Notes: generated from the sequence alone by a model not told the origin. Positions 42,573 through 55,085 are shown, counted from the stretch's first letter. The stretch is 64,000 bases of DNA from Amoebidium appalachense (GCA_963693365.1 CAVNZM010000004.1:13824524-13888523), one strand, 5' to 3'. Numbers and translations: made by a program.

Positions 42573-45500
42573 TTGTGTGTGCACGCGTATATGGTAGTGT
42601 TGGAATGGGGAAGAAAGTTAAGTGCATGTCATGAACCCCCCTCTTATATCCGGAAGGGGCACCAGGTAGCAAGGGAGAAATGGACGGTGGAGAGGGGACG
42701 GAAATGCTGCCCCCCCCCCCCCCCCCCCCCCCCCGGGGACGCCGAACACCCCTGCACCCCGTTCCCTCCTAGCACCCAACTCTACATCTCCCCCCTGCAT
42801 TCTGACTATCCTACCTGCAAACAGACCCCAACCAACCAGACACACACACTGACGCCAATGGTCAGCAATGCAGTCCGGCATACCTGTGACTCGTAGCCTG
42901 TCAGGAAGCCAAGCTCCCGAGATGCCTCTGCAGTGTTGGTGCATGTGTTAGCACATATATGTTGACATTGTTTGGTGTATGTGTTAGCACATATATGATG
43001 ACATAGTTTGGTGTATGTGTTAGCACATAGTCATAGGGCATTGTTTGGTGTGTGCATTAGCACATAATAATAGGACATTGCTCGGCGTATGTGTTAGCAC
43101 ATATACATTGTTTGGTGTATGTGCTATGGGGTGGAAAGGAACAAAATAGAAATATACTACTTTTTTAACGAGATTTTATTGGTCAACGGCATAGCAGCCA
43201 ATGTGCTCATGATCATGATCAATTATGACGTATGTATATATGACGGCGGCTTAGTCAAAAGTTGGCCTTAGAGCTACTATCGGGGTTGCACACTATTCGA
43301 AAGTAATTTGAAGTACATAAAGCCTTTTTCCTGATGGTAAACAGGCTTTGGGTGCCGAATAAAAAAAAAATTTTTTTTTTTTTTCGTAGAGCCTTGTAGA
43401 GAGTGCGAAGGGTAAATTTAGCCCGGCGTTAGCGCTGCGGCCGCCGCCGGCCGGTCAGTCAGCAAGCGTCCTTGATTCAATCTGGTCAAATTAACCAATC
43501 GCTTAGCCCTAAAAAGTAGTAGTGTTTCTATTTTGTTCCTTTCCACCCCATATTACAAATAATAAGGCATTGTTTGGTGTATGTGTTAGCACATAACAAT
43601 AGGGCATTATTTTTAGAAGGTCATGCCACAGCATATGACCTGGCACCCTTACTCATCCAATAGAAAGGAACGTAAAATCAATATACTTATCTGGCAATCG
43701 GATATGCTTTGTCGCCACATGGCTGTGTTTCTAAGCAGAAACGCACCGTAGTGCTGGGGAGGGCACTAAGTAACACAAGAGCACACGGAGGCACAGGAAC
43801 TATCTTTCTTGTCTCCAGCCACATCCCCCGTGCACATTCCCATATGGCATACGTCCCAACTCATTCTTGCAAGCCCCAGGGTGCCCACATGCCCTTCCCC
43901 ATATTCCTCCCCCCCCCCCCCCCCCCTCTCCCTCTCCCCCCCCTCCCCCCCTTCCACACACACACACACACACCCTTCTTTCCCTTACACACACAACACA
44001 CACGGACGCACCCACCCACCTATGATAGTGTCCTTGTCCCTGTCTGCTGCGGCCTTGATCACGCGGATGTACGAGTCCACAAAGCTCTTGGGGTAGTCCC
44101 TGCTGGCCCCAAAGTCCAACAGCGACAGCTGCACGTGCCCACCCTCAAATGAGCACTAATGCACACGAGAGCCCTGGCACTGCTGTGGTACTGTGTGTAT
44201 TTTGTTGCCATGTCTGCTGTGGTACTGTGTGTATTTTGTTGCCATGTCAAACACCCACATGCCCTGGTGTGCACGTGATGCTGAGCGTAACCGCAAGGGG
44301 AGATAAAGTGCATGAAAAGGAACAAACAAGCATTGCTGCAGAGGCGAGCAAAAAGAACAAAACACACATTACCGTGTACGGCGTCACGATGCACACAGCC
44401 AATTTGACATACCATCTGAAAACCAGACAACATAGGGGCACGGGGAGGCAAGAGGAGAGTGAATGGACTGGTGTTTTCATGCATTTGCAGGGGGGAGGGA
44501 GGGGGCGGGTGGGGTTTGACAGATTGAAATAGGGAAAGAGGGGGGGAAGGGAAAAGGAGGGAAGGGGGAAGGGAAAGAGGGACGGGGGGGAAGGGGAGGG
44601 AGAAAGAAAGTCGGGGGGGAGGGGGGGGGGGGGGGGGGGTTCGAGAGAGAGAGGGAGAGAGAGAGGGAGAGAGAGAGGGAGAGGGAGAGGGAGAGGGAGA
44701 GGAAGACCAACAGGGGGGCGGGAAGGAGAGAAAAGAGATAGAGAAAGGTAGGGGGGAGTGGGAAAGGGAGTCAGAGAGGGAGGGGGGGGGGGGGGGAGGG
44801 GGGGGGGAGGGAGGGGGGGGGGGGGGGGGGGGGGAAGGAGGGAGAAGATAAGGGGGGAGGGGGGAGGGAGGGAGGGAGGGAGGGAGGGGGGGGGGGGGGG
44901 GGGGGGGGGGAAGGGGGAAGGAAGCAGGGAGGGAAGGAGTGAGGTAGCGGGAGGGAGGACAAGAAGGGAGGGAAGGAATGAGAGAGAGAGAAGGGAGAGG
45001 GGGGAGAGAGAGAGAAAGAAAGAGAGGGGGGTGGGGGGGAATGAGGGAGAGAGAGCAAGAGCGAGAGACCTTATCAATGGCACGGTCGTAGAAGAAGTTG
45101 CTCCAGTTGGGGTCTGTCTGCATAAAGCGCCACTCAAACACCTCCCGGATGCACAGCTTCATGATGTGGTATGCAATCTGTGCACCACACCACAAGTCAA
45201 GGGTAACAAATGGGTGTAGGCATCGATCTCTATGCTATGTGTGCGTTGCAAAAGTCACAACAAGAGATGATAATGACCCAATAGGAGAATTCAATCCTGT
45301 GGACAACAAAGATTCTTTATAATGGACGGTAAGATGGGTGGCTTTGCGTGCAAATGCTCGTGGTGGTGGCCTCGTGGCGGGGGGGAGGAGGAAAGGAGTG
45401 GGGGAAGCGAGGCTAAGGGAACGAGGGGCGGGGAGGGAAGAGAGAGATAGCGAGAGAGTAGGGAGCAAGCGGGAGAGAGGGGAAGGAGAGAGAAGTATAA

Positions 45501-46604
45501 TAGGAACGATATGGTGGCCATATCCCAACGATCGGTTTGTGGGCCTACATATGTGAAGTATTTCTGTGTTTTTTGTCCCTTAGCCTGTTTTCAAACCCTA
45601 TTTCACCCCTGTGACTGCGCTAAATCGGGCTAGAGCGAGGCCAGAGCATTGATGGGGAGGGGGAGGAAGAAGCGAGGAGTTGAAAGAGAGGGAAGAATGC
45701 CGCAGTCTGGACAGAAAGGGACCAGAGAATGGATGGAACCGGGCGGTGGGGAGAGTGTGAGAGATTAGACGAGAGGAGAGGACGGGAGGATGTGAGTTAG
45801 ACAGGGAGGAATCGAGGGAGGGAGGGAGGGAGGGAGGGAGAATAGCGCACCTTGTTGCGTGTATCCTGGTCCAGCTCCTGGGCCCTGTCCATGGGCATGC
45901 CGTAGACCATCTCCGTGGTGATCACCCGCTTACTGCTGAGAGGCTCGATGACGGCAGGTACTTGGATGAACGGCTCATCGTGCAGCAGTGAACTGGGGCA
46001 GGCGGTCAGCACACTGCTGCATACTAGTAGCCCATAAAGGGACGGAGACAAGGGTGTGTGCAGCATATGCAGGACGTTTTCTGAAGGAGGGGAAGGGGGA
46101 GGCGAGGGGGGCTTCAGATCCAATATGCTCTGTTGCTTTGCTCTATTCTCATCCCCCCTCCCCTCCCCCCTCTCCCCTCCGTTGCCAATTACGCTTCTTC
46201 TCCGGCTTGCATACAACCACCATTAAAAAACTTGATTCGCTGAGCCCTCCCCCCCCCCCCCCCCCTCCCCCCCCCCCCCCCCCCCACCCCCCCTCTCCTC
46301 CCCTCCCCCGGGGCCACATCTCCCCTAGGACCCCTTTACCCTTCATCCACACCTCCATGCCTACATTCGACGACCTCTTTCAGACATACACAACAGGCAC
46401 AGTGCAGATTAAATCTTAATTAAAGAAGTCTTATTGATAGACTCCCATTCAGGTGACGGTCACAAAAAAAAAATCTAACAGATGGTCTGGAGCAAGAAAG
46501 GCGTATATGTTCGTGTGTGTGTGTGTGTGGCCGAGGGGTGGGTGGGTGGGTGAATCGGTGGGTGGTAGTGGTGGTGGTGGGTTGGTGGGTTGGTGGGTTT
46601 TGAA

Positions 46605-46648
<44 letters not shown>

Positions 46649-48066
46649 TACGCAAATCTCCGATTCATCTCTGCCTCTCTGATGTAGTCACACTCCAGGA
46701 GCAGCTGCATGTGCTGTCAGTCACTGTGCAATAGGCACCACACAGGGAAAGGGGACTCTAATCACACACGGTAGGATTAGGGGTGCAAGGAAAGCAAGCG
46801 AACGAGGGGAAACGGGTTGCACTCCTTACAAGACACCATATGAAAAACACCAATGCGCAGGTAAGGAGGAAGTGCAGGGGGAGGGAAAGAGGAAAGGAAG
46901 GTGCAAAAAGGGGTCGGTCAAGGAAAGATCATCACCCAATACTGAGCCAAACACACTAACACACACGTTCACACATACCCAACCTTCCCCTCCCACCCCA
47001 CTCCATCCCCACAAAAAAGAAAAAGAAAGAAAGGAAAGAATACACACAACACACACACACGCACACGCACACCTCGTCTCTGCCAGCCTTGACCGACTGC
47101 TCCAAAAACATTCCGTCGGGGAACATTCGAGACATCTTCAGCACCCCCAGAAGCCTGCAACGTTCCCACGGTTAGAAATCATGCCAGTAACCAGGGTTAG
47201 AAAGGAATGGTAGGAAAAGGAAAGAGGGATGAAGAAGGAGAGAAGGCGAATGTAGTATGTGTATGGGGGTGCAATGCGGGGGAGGGCGGGGTGGTGGTGA
47301 AGAAATGTGTGTGGTCTATAATGGGCGTCCAAAGTGGCAGAAGGTGTGAATGTGATTGTGGTATGTCAGAAGGGGAAGGAGGGAGCGGGGGAAATAGCGG
47401 TGGTGGTGCCCTCCCTTTCCCCCACCCGCTCCCTCCCCCCCCCTCCCCCCCCCCCCCCCACACACACACACCACCACCACTCCACCACCACTACCACCCC
47501 CCCCCCCCCCCCCCCCCCCTTCTTCTTTCTCGTTTTCTTTTCCTCCCCCCCCCCCCCCCCTCCCCCCTTTAGGAGCTCTACGTTTTCACGTCGCTGTCGA
47601 TGCTGTCAGCTATGCCGGGATATTGGATCTTGATGGCTACCTCTCTACCATCGTGCAGCAGCCCCTGATGCACCTGGAGGGGGGGGGGGGGGGGGGGGGG
47701 ACGGTCTTGATAAGGGGCGGGACCGGAGAACCCTGTTCAAACAAACACGTAGAGGCAGGAAGTTGCATGTGTTGCATCTTACGAGATAATGGCGTGGTCT
47801 GCAACCGTACATAGCAAGAGAGTGGTCGTGCCTGTGTTGGGAGCAAGAGGGGAAGATGGCAGCCAGGAAGGAGGGGAGGGGGAGAGGCGGGTGAAGGGGC
47901 AGGGGGGGGGGGGGGGGGGGGACATGCCTGTCCGATTGAGGCAGCAGCAATGGGGACTGGGTTGAATTCCTTCAGATGTGTCCGCCAATCAGGACCAAGC
48001 TCAGTACGCAGCACACGCTGGGGGGATTGAGGCGTCAGTGAGTGTGCACCAGAGAGAGAGGGGGGG

Positions 48067-48145
<79 letters not shown>

Positions 48146-49592
48146 AAGGAGAGAGAATAGAGAGAGGGAGGGAGGGAGAGAGAGGGAAGAGAGAGAGGGA
48201 GAGGTGTGTGTGTGTTGGGGGGGGGGGGGGGGGGGAAAGAGGAAGGGAAGGAGGGAGAGAGAGAGAGAGAGAGTGAGAGAGAGTGTGTGTGTGTGTGCGT
48301 GTGTGCGTATTTGTGCGTGCTTGTGTGTGTGTGTGTGTGTGTCTGTGTGATCTCTCTTGCGTATCGGTGCAACGGGTGGGTGAGGGGGGGAAAGGCCTCC
48401 CTCTCTGACTTGTGTCTATCCCTGTCCCCACATTCCCCCTCGCCTACCCTGCACTGTATTATAAGGACCCGATCACGTCTGTGTAGAAACATGATCGTGC
48501 ATGCTCATATCTGTGTGCATGGCTAGGTGCAGGGGCAGGGGCTGTGCACGTACCTCCATTTGGGAGGTGGGCATGAAGTCTGCGCTGTACCTCACCCGGT
48601 CGAAGATCTGCTGGAACTCGGCCGGCACAAGCGCATTGTCTGCATTGCGTCACTGGTGTTAGAGGGGGGCACGGGGGGGGGGGGGGGGGGGGGGGGTTGA
48701 ATGCGTCAAAAAGTACGAAGTACACAAGAACAAACGGATAACACGATGCAGAATGCAAGCCATACATAAAGAGTATGCATAATAAGCAGAGCCCATCCTC
48801 AGGGAGGGCCCACGTCATCCACATTACCCGAGTTTCGACCTATTCACCTCGTTAACGAAACCCAACTCAGATACTGTTTCACTTGAACATGGGTAGGTCA
48901 CCCGTCTTGATCAGAGACGAGCAGGGTTGCTTATGCAGGCAAGGGCAGTGGGAAAGGCCGGGGGTTAAAGTTGCAGCAGTAAGCAGAAGCAAGAAAAATA
49001 TAGATAGGAACTCAGGAGACGGGGCTTCTAGGAAGCTCCCCCGTCGATACCTAAGTCGATACTTCCCTGGCTAACATACTACACCAGCTGAAAAGAATTA
49101 AGTCCCGAAGGCCGCAGAATTCGCAATCAGAGGGGAAAATATGTGATTTGACCCACGCCGCAGGGTAGTAACACGCTTACTAGGGCGGAACTTTATCGTC
49201 TTCGAACGGAAAGCTATGCCCCCGGATGTCAGCCGGAAATATGGTATCACCCATTGCTTTGGGCTTGAAAAAAGCCAAACCGGTAGTCCGAGTTATGTTA
49301 CGCCGGCGGGTAACATGCCGCATGGGTTCCAAGGGAGCTGTCGCCAACAGAGCGGTGTGTGCATGCGTGCGCGTAAACGCAATGTGTGAAGTGTGTCTAT
49401 AGCTTTGAAAGGGGGTATGCAGAAGTGGACAGATGAAGTGTGTGGAGAGAAAAACAGTAAGAAGAAAAGTAGACACCGGTATGTGCAACCCCGCACAACA
49501 TATGCACACACACACACACACACACACATAAATAAGCGAAGATTACAGGTAATCAACCAGAACAACAAATGACAAGCAAAACAACAGGCGCC

Positions 49593-49625
<33 letters not shown>

Positions 49626-49629
49626 GGGG

Positions 49630-49724
<95 letters not shown>

Positions 49725-50987
49725 GGCGAGAGAGCGAGAGAGAGAGGGAGAGAGGGGAGAGAGGGAGAGAGGGAGAGGGAGAGAGAGAGAGAGAAGGTGG
49801 GGGGGGGGGGGGGAGGGGGGAGGGGGGAGGGGGGGGGGAGGGGGGGTCTTAGGGATGCTGCAGAATCGTCAGATATTAGACAAATCGTACCAATACGATC
49901 ATTCTCTCATATATGTGAGAAGATTGTGACTAACGATGTGCAGAGCTGGTTAAGACCTGTTGAGTGTGCAGAGAAAATGGGAGGGGAAGAGGAGGGGGAA
50001 GGGGGGGGGGGGGGGGGGGGGGTTTGAATGCGGAACACAGTACGAAGTACGCATACACGATGAGAAGCATGGTGCAGGACACATGCAAAGGCAAACATTC
50101 AACTATGCAGCATCAGCCATGCGCACAGTATGCGTCATAAGCAGAGCCCATCCTCAGGGAGGGCCCAAGTCATCAATTGCGTCTGAGTTTCGACCCCTTA
50201 GCCCGCGTATATACGACGCTCCAACTCAGACAGCAGCATCAACTGAACTTGGGTGGGTCAACCCGTCTTGATCAAAGACGAGCAGGGTTGCTTATGCAAG
50301 CAAGGTGAGCAAAACGGTGAAGATGTGTGTGCAAACTAATGCAGTGCAGCGACAAACGCGTGTGCTTACAGATGCACGACACAGAGCAACCATGCCCGGT
50401 TGCATGGAAGTAAAGATGTCTCCACACAGTGGTCTGTCCTGAAAGGACACCTCTGAAAGAAGACAGGGGGGGTTTGAATGCGGAACACAGTACGAAGTAC
50501 GCATACACGATGAGAAGCATGGTGCAGGGGGGGGGTGAAGTAAGAGAGGGGAGGGAATGTTAGAGTGTCAATAGTCTCAGGGGACCCTGCAGAGTCGTTA
50601 GATATCAGACAAAAACGCACCAACGACCAAGTTCTCCAAGGGGAGAAATGCGTAAAACGGGGGGGGGGGGGGGGGTATTAGAACAATATAGAATAGTCAT
50701 TCACTCTAGCTTGCCCCTTTCACTGTATCCCCATTCCGCCTAACTTACCCCCCATCCATTTTCTCCATCGTTGGTGAAGAAGAGAGGAGGGGAGGGGGGG
50801 GGGAAGGGAGCACAGACCTCCATAATGGAATAGTCTGCCCAGGCGAGAGGTTGGCACTCGCCTCTGCCGTGATTCGTCGCTCATCTGGTGGTGTAATTAA
50901 TTTGATTGGTCAGTGCCCACCAAAGGCATGCTTGTTCTCCCCGTACACAGCCAGAGACAATACGTGACTAAAATACAGCCCCCCCCC

Positions 50988-51020
<33 letters not shown>

Positions 51021-51217
51021 ACACACGCACACACACACACACATGCCAAATACACAACAAAGCCCAACAATAACGTCTACCTTCCTAAAGAAAACATAAA
51101 TAATATAAGAGAAAAACGATAAAAACGCCCATCAGGCTTCTCTCCCCACAACCTCCCCTTAGCCTCCCCCCCCCCCCTTCACTTACCTTAGCTCCCCCAT
51201 CCCAACCCTCCTTCCCC

Positions 51218-51248
<31 letters not shown>

Positions 51249-51372
51249 ACACCTCCCCTCCCCCCTCCTTCCCCCCCCACCACCACACGCTCACACGTTT
51301 CTTTCTGCTGAACCACGCGGATATGCCACTGCCTACTAAACCCACCCTCATTTACACGCGCTCCCCCCTGAT

Positions 51373-51405
<33 letters not shown>

Positions 51406-52483
51406 ACCTCCTCAACCACCCAACCCAACTTCCACTCCCTCCCTCCCCCACCCCCACACCCCGGGCAGAGTGTAGATGGCGGATGAAGGGGGGAGGAAAG
51501 TCGGGGGACGGTAACCCTACCCTCAGAAAACTACACGTGCTCCCCCTCCCCAAAGCTCCCTTCCTCTTCCCCCTCTCCTCACCCCCCTCCCCCAAACCCC
51601 CCGGGGGGGGGGGGCAGAGAATAATTGGCTAAGGAGAGGGAGATTGGGAGTCGGGGGAGGGTGGGCAGAGAGACAGGGAGCGAGCGAGAGAGAGAAACTG
51701 CAGCTCTCTGTGGCCTCATCCACCCTAACCAAGTGCAGTCCAACCATCACACATATGAATCGTGGGTCTCCAACGCCTTCGAACCAGACGGGTAGAAGAT
51801 CCGAGACATGGGTGGGCTTGGTGGGGGACGAGGGGGGGGGGGAGAGGAGGGGAAGAGGGGGGGGGAAGGGGGGGGGGGGGAGGGAAGGGGCGGGGGGAGG
51901 GGGTGGTTGTACCTTTTGGTCTGTGCGCCTAGTCAGCTGCCCAGTGGTTGAGTCTGTAACTGGTTCTGCATGCACTGGGCTCATATTCTCGGGATTGTAG
52001 GCATGTGTTGAACTCACACCTTCGGACTTCTGGTGTGTGGGTACTTCTAACGGCGCACTAGAATAAGCCTCTGGTTGGTGTGCTGTGAGGTGGTTAGGTG
52101 GTGTTTCCGTGTGTGCTTTTTGTGATGTAACTAGCTTTGTGATGTTAATCGCGCTATCTTCGATTGGTTTTTGCGGCTGTGGTGGTAATTGTGAAGAAAC
52201 CTCTTTCTTTGAATCTACCACGTGTTCTTGTGTTGTCTGTGTGTGCAACTTTACGGTCTCTGGCGTGTCTGATAATGGTGCGATTGCATGTGTGCTTGCT
52301 GTTTGTATGGTTGACGATGGATGTTGTTGCTGAGGTGGTGGGTGATGTGCCTGTGCAGTTTCATGTTCGTGTGTGTGTGTTGGTTGGACATATGAAGGCT
52401 GTCTTGTCGACACAAGGTGAAAAATATTTGAGGCAACCCCGCCGGCAGCTTTTGTTGCCGACACGATCACACATGGTGCCGTA
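41279..52483 (-). CDS. COQ8: COQ8/ADCK3-4 (ABC1 atypical kinase); 5' end unresolved and KxGQ-motif exon(s) not found
   Basis: Exons at approximately 52483-51913 (low-complexity N-terminus), 50885-50819 ([18 protein letters not shown]), 48639-48554 ([13 protein letters not shown]), 48017-47928 (PIAAASIGQ), 47673-47582 (VH...VAIKIQYPG), 47154-47073, 46704-46652 (ECDYIREA), 45992-45851, 45177-45070 ([11 protein letters not shown]), 44128-44020 (LLDFGA), 42927-42884 (LGFLTGYES), 42520-42481, 42183-42070 and 41421-41279 ([19 protein letters not shown]). Confidence 0.92.
42928..43610. repeat. Degenerate ~34-bp tandem repeat (CATTGTTTGGTGTATGTGTTAGCACATA...) abutting a COQ8 acceptor and interrupted by a MITE
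   Basis: About six units at 42930-43125 and one or two more after 43552. Confidence 0.8.
43127..43550. mobile_element. MITE of ~424 bp with TA target-site duplication
   Basis: 26-bp perfect TIR TGGGGTGGAAAGGAACAAAATAGAAA, imperfect out to ~40 bp, with TA on both sides. Removing it approximately restores one unit of the surrounding tandem repeat. A TA TSD is typical of Tc1/mariner-type elements. Confidence 0.88.
48697..48945 (-). mobile_element. Structured non-coding repeat, subfamily 1 (copy C); may extend 5' to ~49590
   Basis: Reverse-complement match to copy A, plus the GCATAAGCAACCCTGCTCGTCT segment shared with subfamily 2. It is in the sense orientation within a COQ8 intron and ends in poly-C. 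Confidence 0.85.
50023..50527 (-). mobile_element. Structured non-coding repeat, subfamily 2, full 450-nt monomer plus ~55-nt terminal direct repeat (copy D)
   Basis: GGTTTGAATGCGGAACACAGTACGAAGTACGCATACACGATGAGAAGCATGGTGCAGG occurs at 50021 and 50471, a period of 450. Both ends sit at G/C tracts. Confidence 0.88.
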
Positions 52484-52690
52484 CTGTGGGTGCGAAGGGG
52501 CAGGGTTGAGAATATGACTGGGTCATTTCACCATTGTTGGGGGTCGAGATTATGAGAACATGGGTACAAAGGGGGGGGGGGGGGGGGGGGGGGGGGGGGA
52601 GGGGGGGGGGGGGGGGGGCATGAAGGGATGAATATGACTGGGTCATTTCACCATTGTTGGGGGTCGAGATTATGAGAACATGGGTACAAA

Positions 52691-52723
<33 letters not shown>

Positions 52724-53803
52724 TGAAGGGAGGGTGTGGACAGGATGGTGAGCGAGGTGAGATTGAGGGAGGGGGGAGGAGGGGGAAGGGGGAGGGGAGA
52801 GAGGTGAAGATGAATGAATGGTGAATGTAGTTGGGTTTGGTTTGCCCTTGCCCGTGGTTGACAGAAATTGTTGGTTGTGCACGCCAGCAGTGCATGAATA
52901 TTCGTGTTTCATCAATGTGATATGCGAGCACGTGTGTGCGCACGTAAATTTGTGCTCCCGTGCACGTGCGCGTATATATGTGTGTAGTTGTTTTTGTGTG
53001 CATGTTCGTGTGTCATCGTGCAGCCTATGCTCTTTTATGTGTTGTGTGATCGTCACCTCAAGTTTGCGTGTGGGCATGGAAGTTGGAGATTTTCGGGAGG
53101 AATGGTGGTTATGTGTCTGAGCAAGTGTGTGCACATGCATATGCTAGAGTGTGTGTCGGGTAGCTGTGGCTGTGTGTTTAGTGGTAGTGGTTTCATGTGT
53201 GAGAGCCTTTTGAAAGGGGGAGGGGAAGGGGGGGAGGGGGGGGGGGGGGGGGAGGAATGTCAGTTGCACTTTCAGAACACTTTTGGCATGCAACTACTGC
53301 CCACTCAAATGTAACACAAAATCATTTTGGCTGCTAACTGCCTTATATATACTTAACACGCAAATATTACTCGTGCAAACGTGCAAGTATGGGTGTATGC
53401 AAACACTAAGCGGGCATCTTGAGAATAAGCAGGTCGGTCTGTCTTCCATCTTCATTTCCTGTTTGTCCCCATCGCCCTCGCACCCCCTCAGTTACAGTTA
53501 ACTCTGCTCTACCGCAAGGACCCACCTGCTCTGCTTTATCGCTGCATCCACCACCAAACCAAGGGCTCTGGAGAGTCCCCTCAAATCATTCGCAGCCATT
53601 CTTTGGCATAGGCCCAGGTCTTTTGTCACTGCTAGGGTGCTATGATGGTACCACGAAGTGGAGAGTAATTATGGGGTAAAAAAGGGCCGTGTGCATGTGC
53701 AGCTAGCTGCGTGCTAGACGGGAAAACCGGGGGAAAAGTTGATTTTCTCTTCCTGAATGCCTGCTACCTCCTATATGCATGTAGTGTACCGGGTGGAACA
53801 AAG

Positions 53804-55085
53804 TAGGCCCTTGCAAAAACATCCCGAATATCTTTTGATATTCAGGGGCCGATTCGATATATGATATATCTCGTGATATTCAGGGGCAAGGCAAGATATA
53901 TCAAATGATATTCAGGGGACTGTCCAAAAAATGATATTTCAGGGCAGGATATATCACGGCTTTTAAAACGGGATATCCCTTGTTTTCAATAAACATTTAT
54001 ATGACAAACTCAACAAAAAGTTACAAAAACACTGATCAATAAACCCGAATCAAAAGAAAACAAAAACACTCCTATTTGGCACTTCCTGCACTACCAAATC
54101 TTCTGTTTTAGCCGAAAAAGGGTCTTAAAGCGACCGGATTGCTTCGGATTGCCCTTGGATTGACGATCTTGGGGTATATACTCTCTAACTGGGATCTCAC
54201 CAAAATAGCGGAAATCGGAACAAAATTTCGTTGTTTCCTTATTTGGGTAAAATAAGAATATTTTACGTGATATTCCCTTTTTTTTCAGGGCAAAAAACCG
54301 GGATATTTTTTCTTTTGATTGGATTTATTCGACGGATATTTTCGACTTGATATTCAGGTTTGCTTGCATGCATTCTGTAGTTGTGTTTTCCTGCCAGTAC
54401 AGTGTCCTGCCACAACTAGGCCACCTTATCAAAGAGTTAGAGACAGCTTCTGCGGGTGTTTGACAGTATTCTAGGGGACGGGCCCGTGCACGTGGGGCAA
54501 TATTGTTTTCTCGCTCGGATTTGGTCTGCATTGCCCTTTAAATTTAATGGGCTGACTTGCTTGCTGTGCCCCGGTAGGTTTTGAGGGGGCCCTGTTGGGG
54601 GGCAGCAGTAATGATGTCTTCTTGCGGAGTGTGGCCTGGTCATCATCGCTGCATATGACTAGTTGGAGCAAACTAGTTTCACGCATACACGTGCACTTGT
54701 ACCTTTTCCCGCTGGTGTCCTTTGGTCACTTGTTGTTTTATTTTTTATTTCATCGCTGTGGCTCTTTCGAAGTCGGTTATTTTGGTGGTCATGTAGCCTG
54801 TGGCTGCACGTTGCCTTTATATCCACTAGACCACTGATCAATAAATCCCCGTCAAGAGAAAAATATTCAGGTCAAAGTCGATATATTTTTGATATATCCC
54901 GTGATTTCCGTCGAATAAATCCAGTCAAAAGATAAAAATATTCAGGGGCCTTCAAGATATTTTCAAATGATATCAGGGGCTTTTGCCGGGATACTTTTTG
55001 TGATATTCAGGGCAACATTCGATATTTCGTGATATATCCCGAATGATATTCAGGGCAAAAAACGGGATATTTTTGCAAGGGCCTA
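53804..55085. mobile_element. Non-autonomous hAT-type DNA transposon (~1.28 kb)
   Basis: TIR TAGGCCCTTGCAAAAA(C/T)ATCCCG, a perfect 8-bp TSD GAACAAAG (53796-53803 and 55086-55093), many subterminal GATATTCAGGG repeats at both ends and no transposase ORF. Confidence 0.92.

Noticed and set aside
50023-50527. TRIM or solo-LTR interpretation of the terminal direct repeats
   Set aside because: The repeats lack TG..CA ends, a PBS and a PPT, and sister copies are 5'-truncated at variable points rather than solo LTRs.
54325-54935. Transposase remnant inside the hAT element
   Set aside because: Only short ORFs are present, with no BED finger, DDE or hAT dimerisation motifs.
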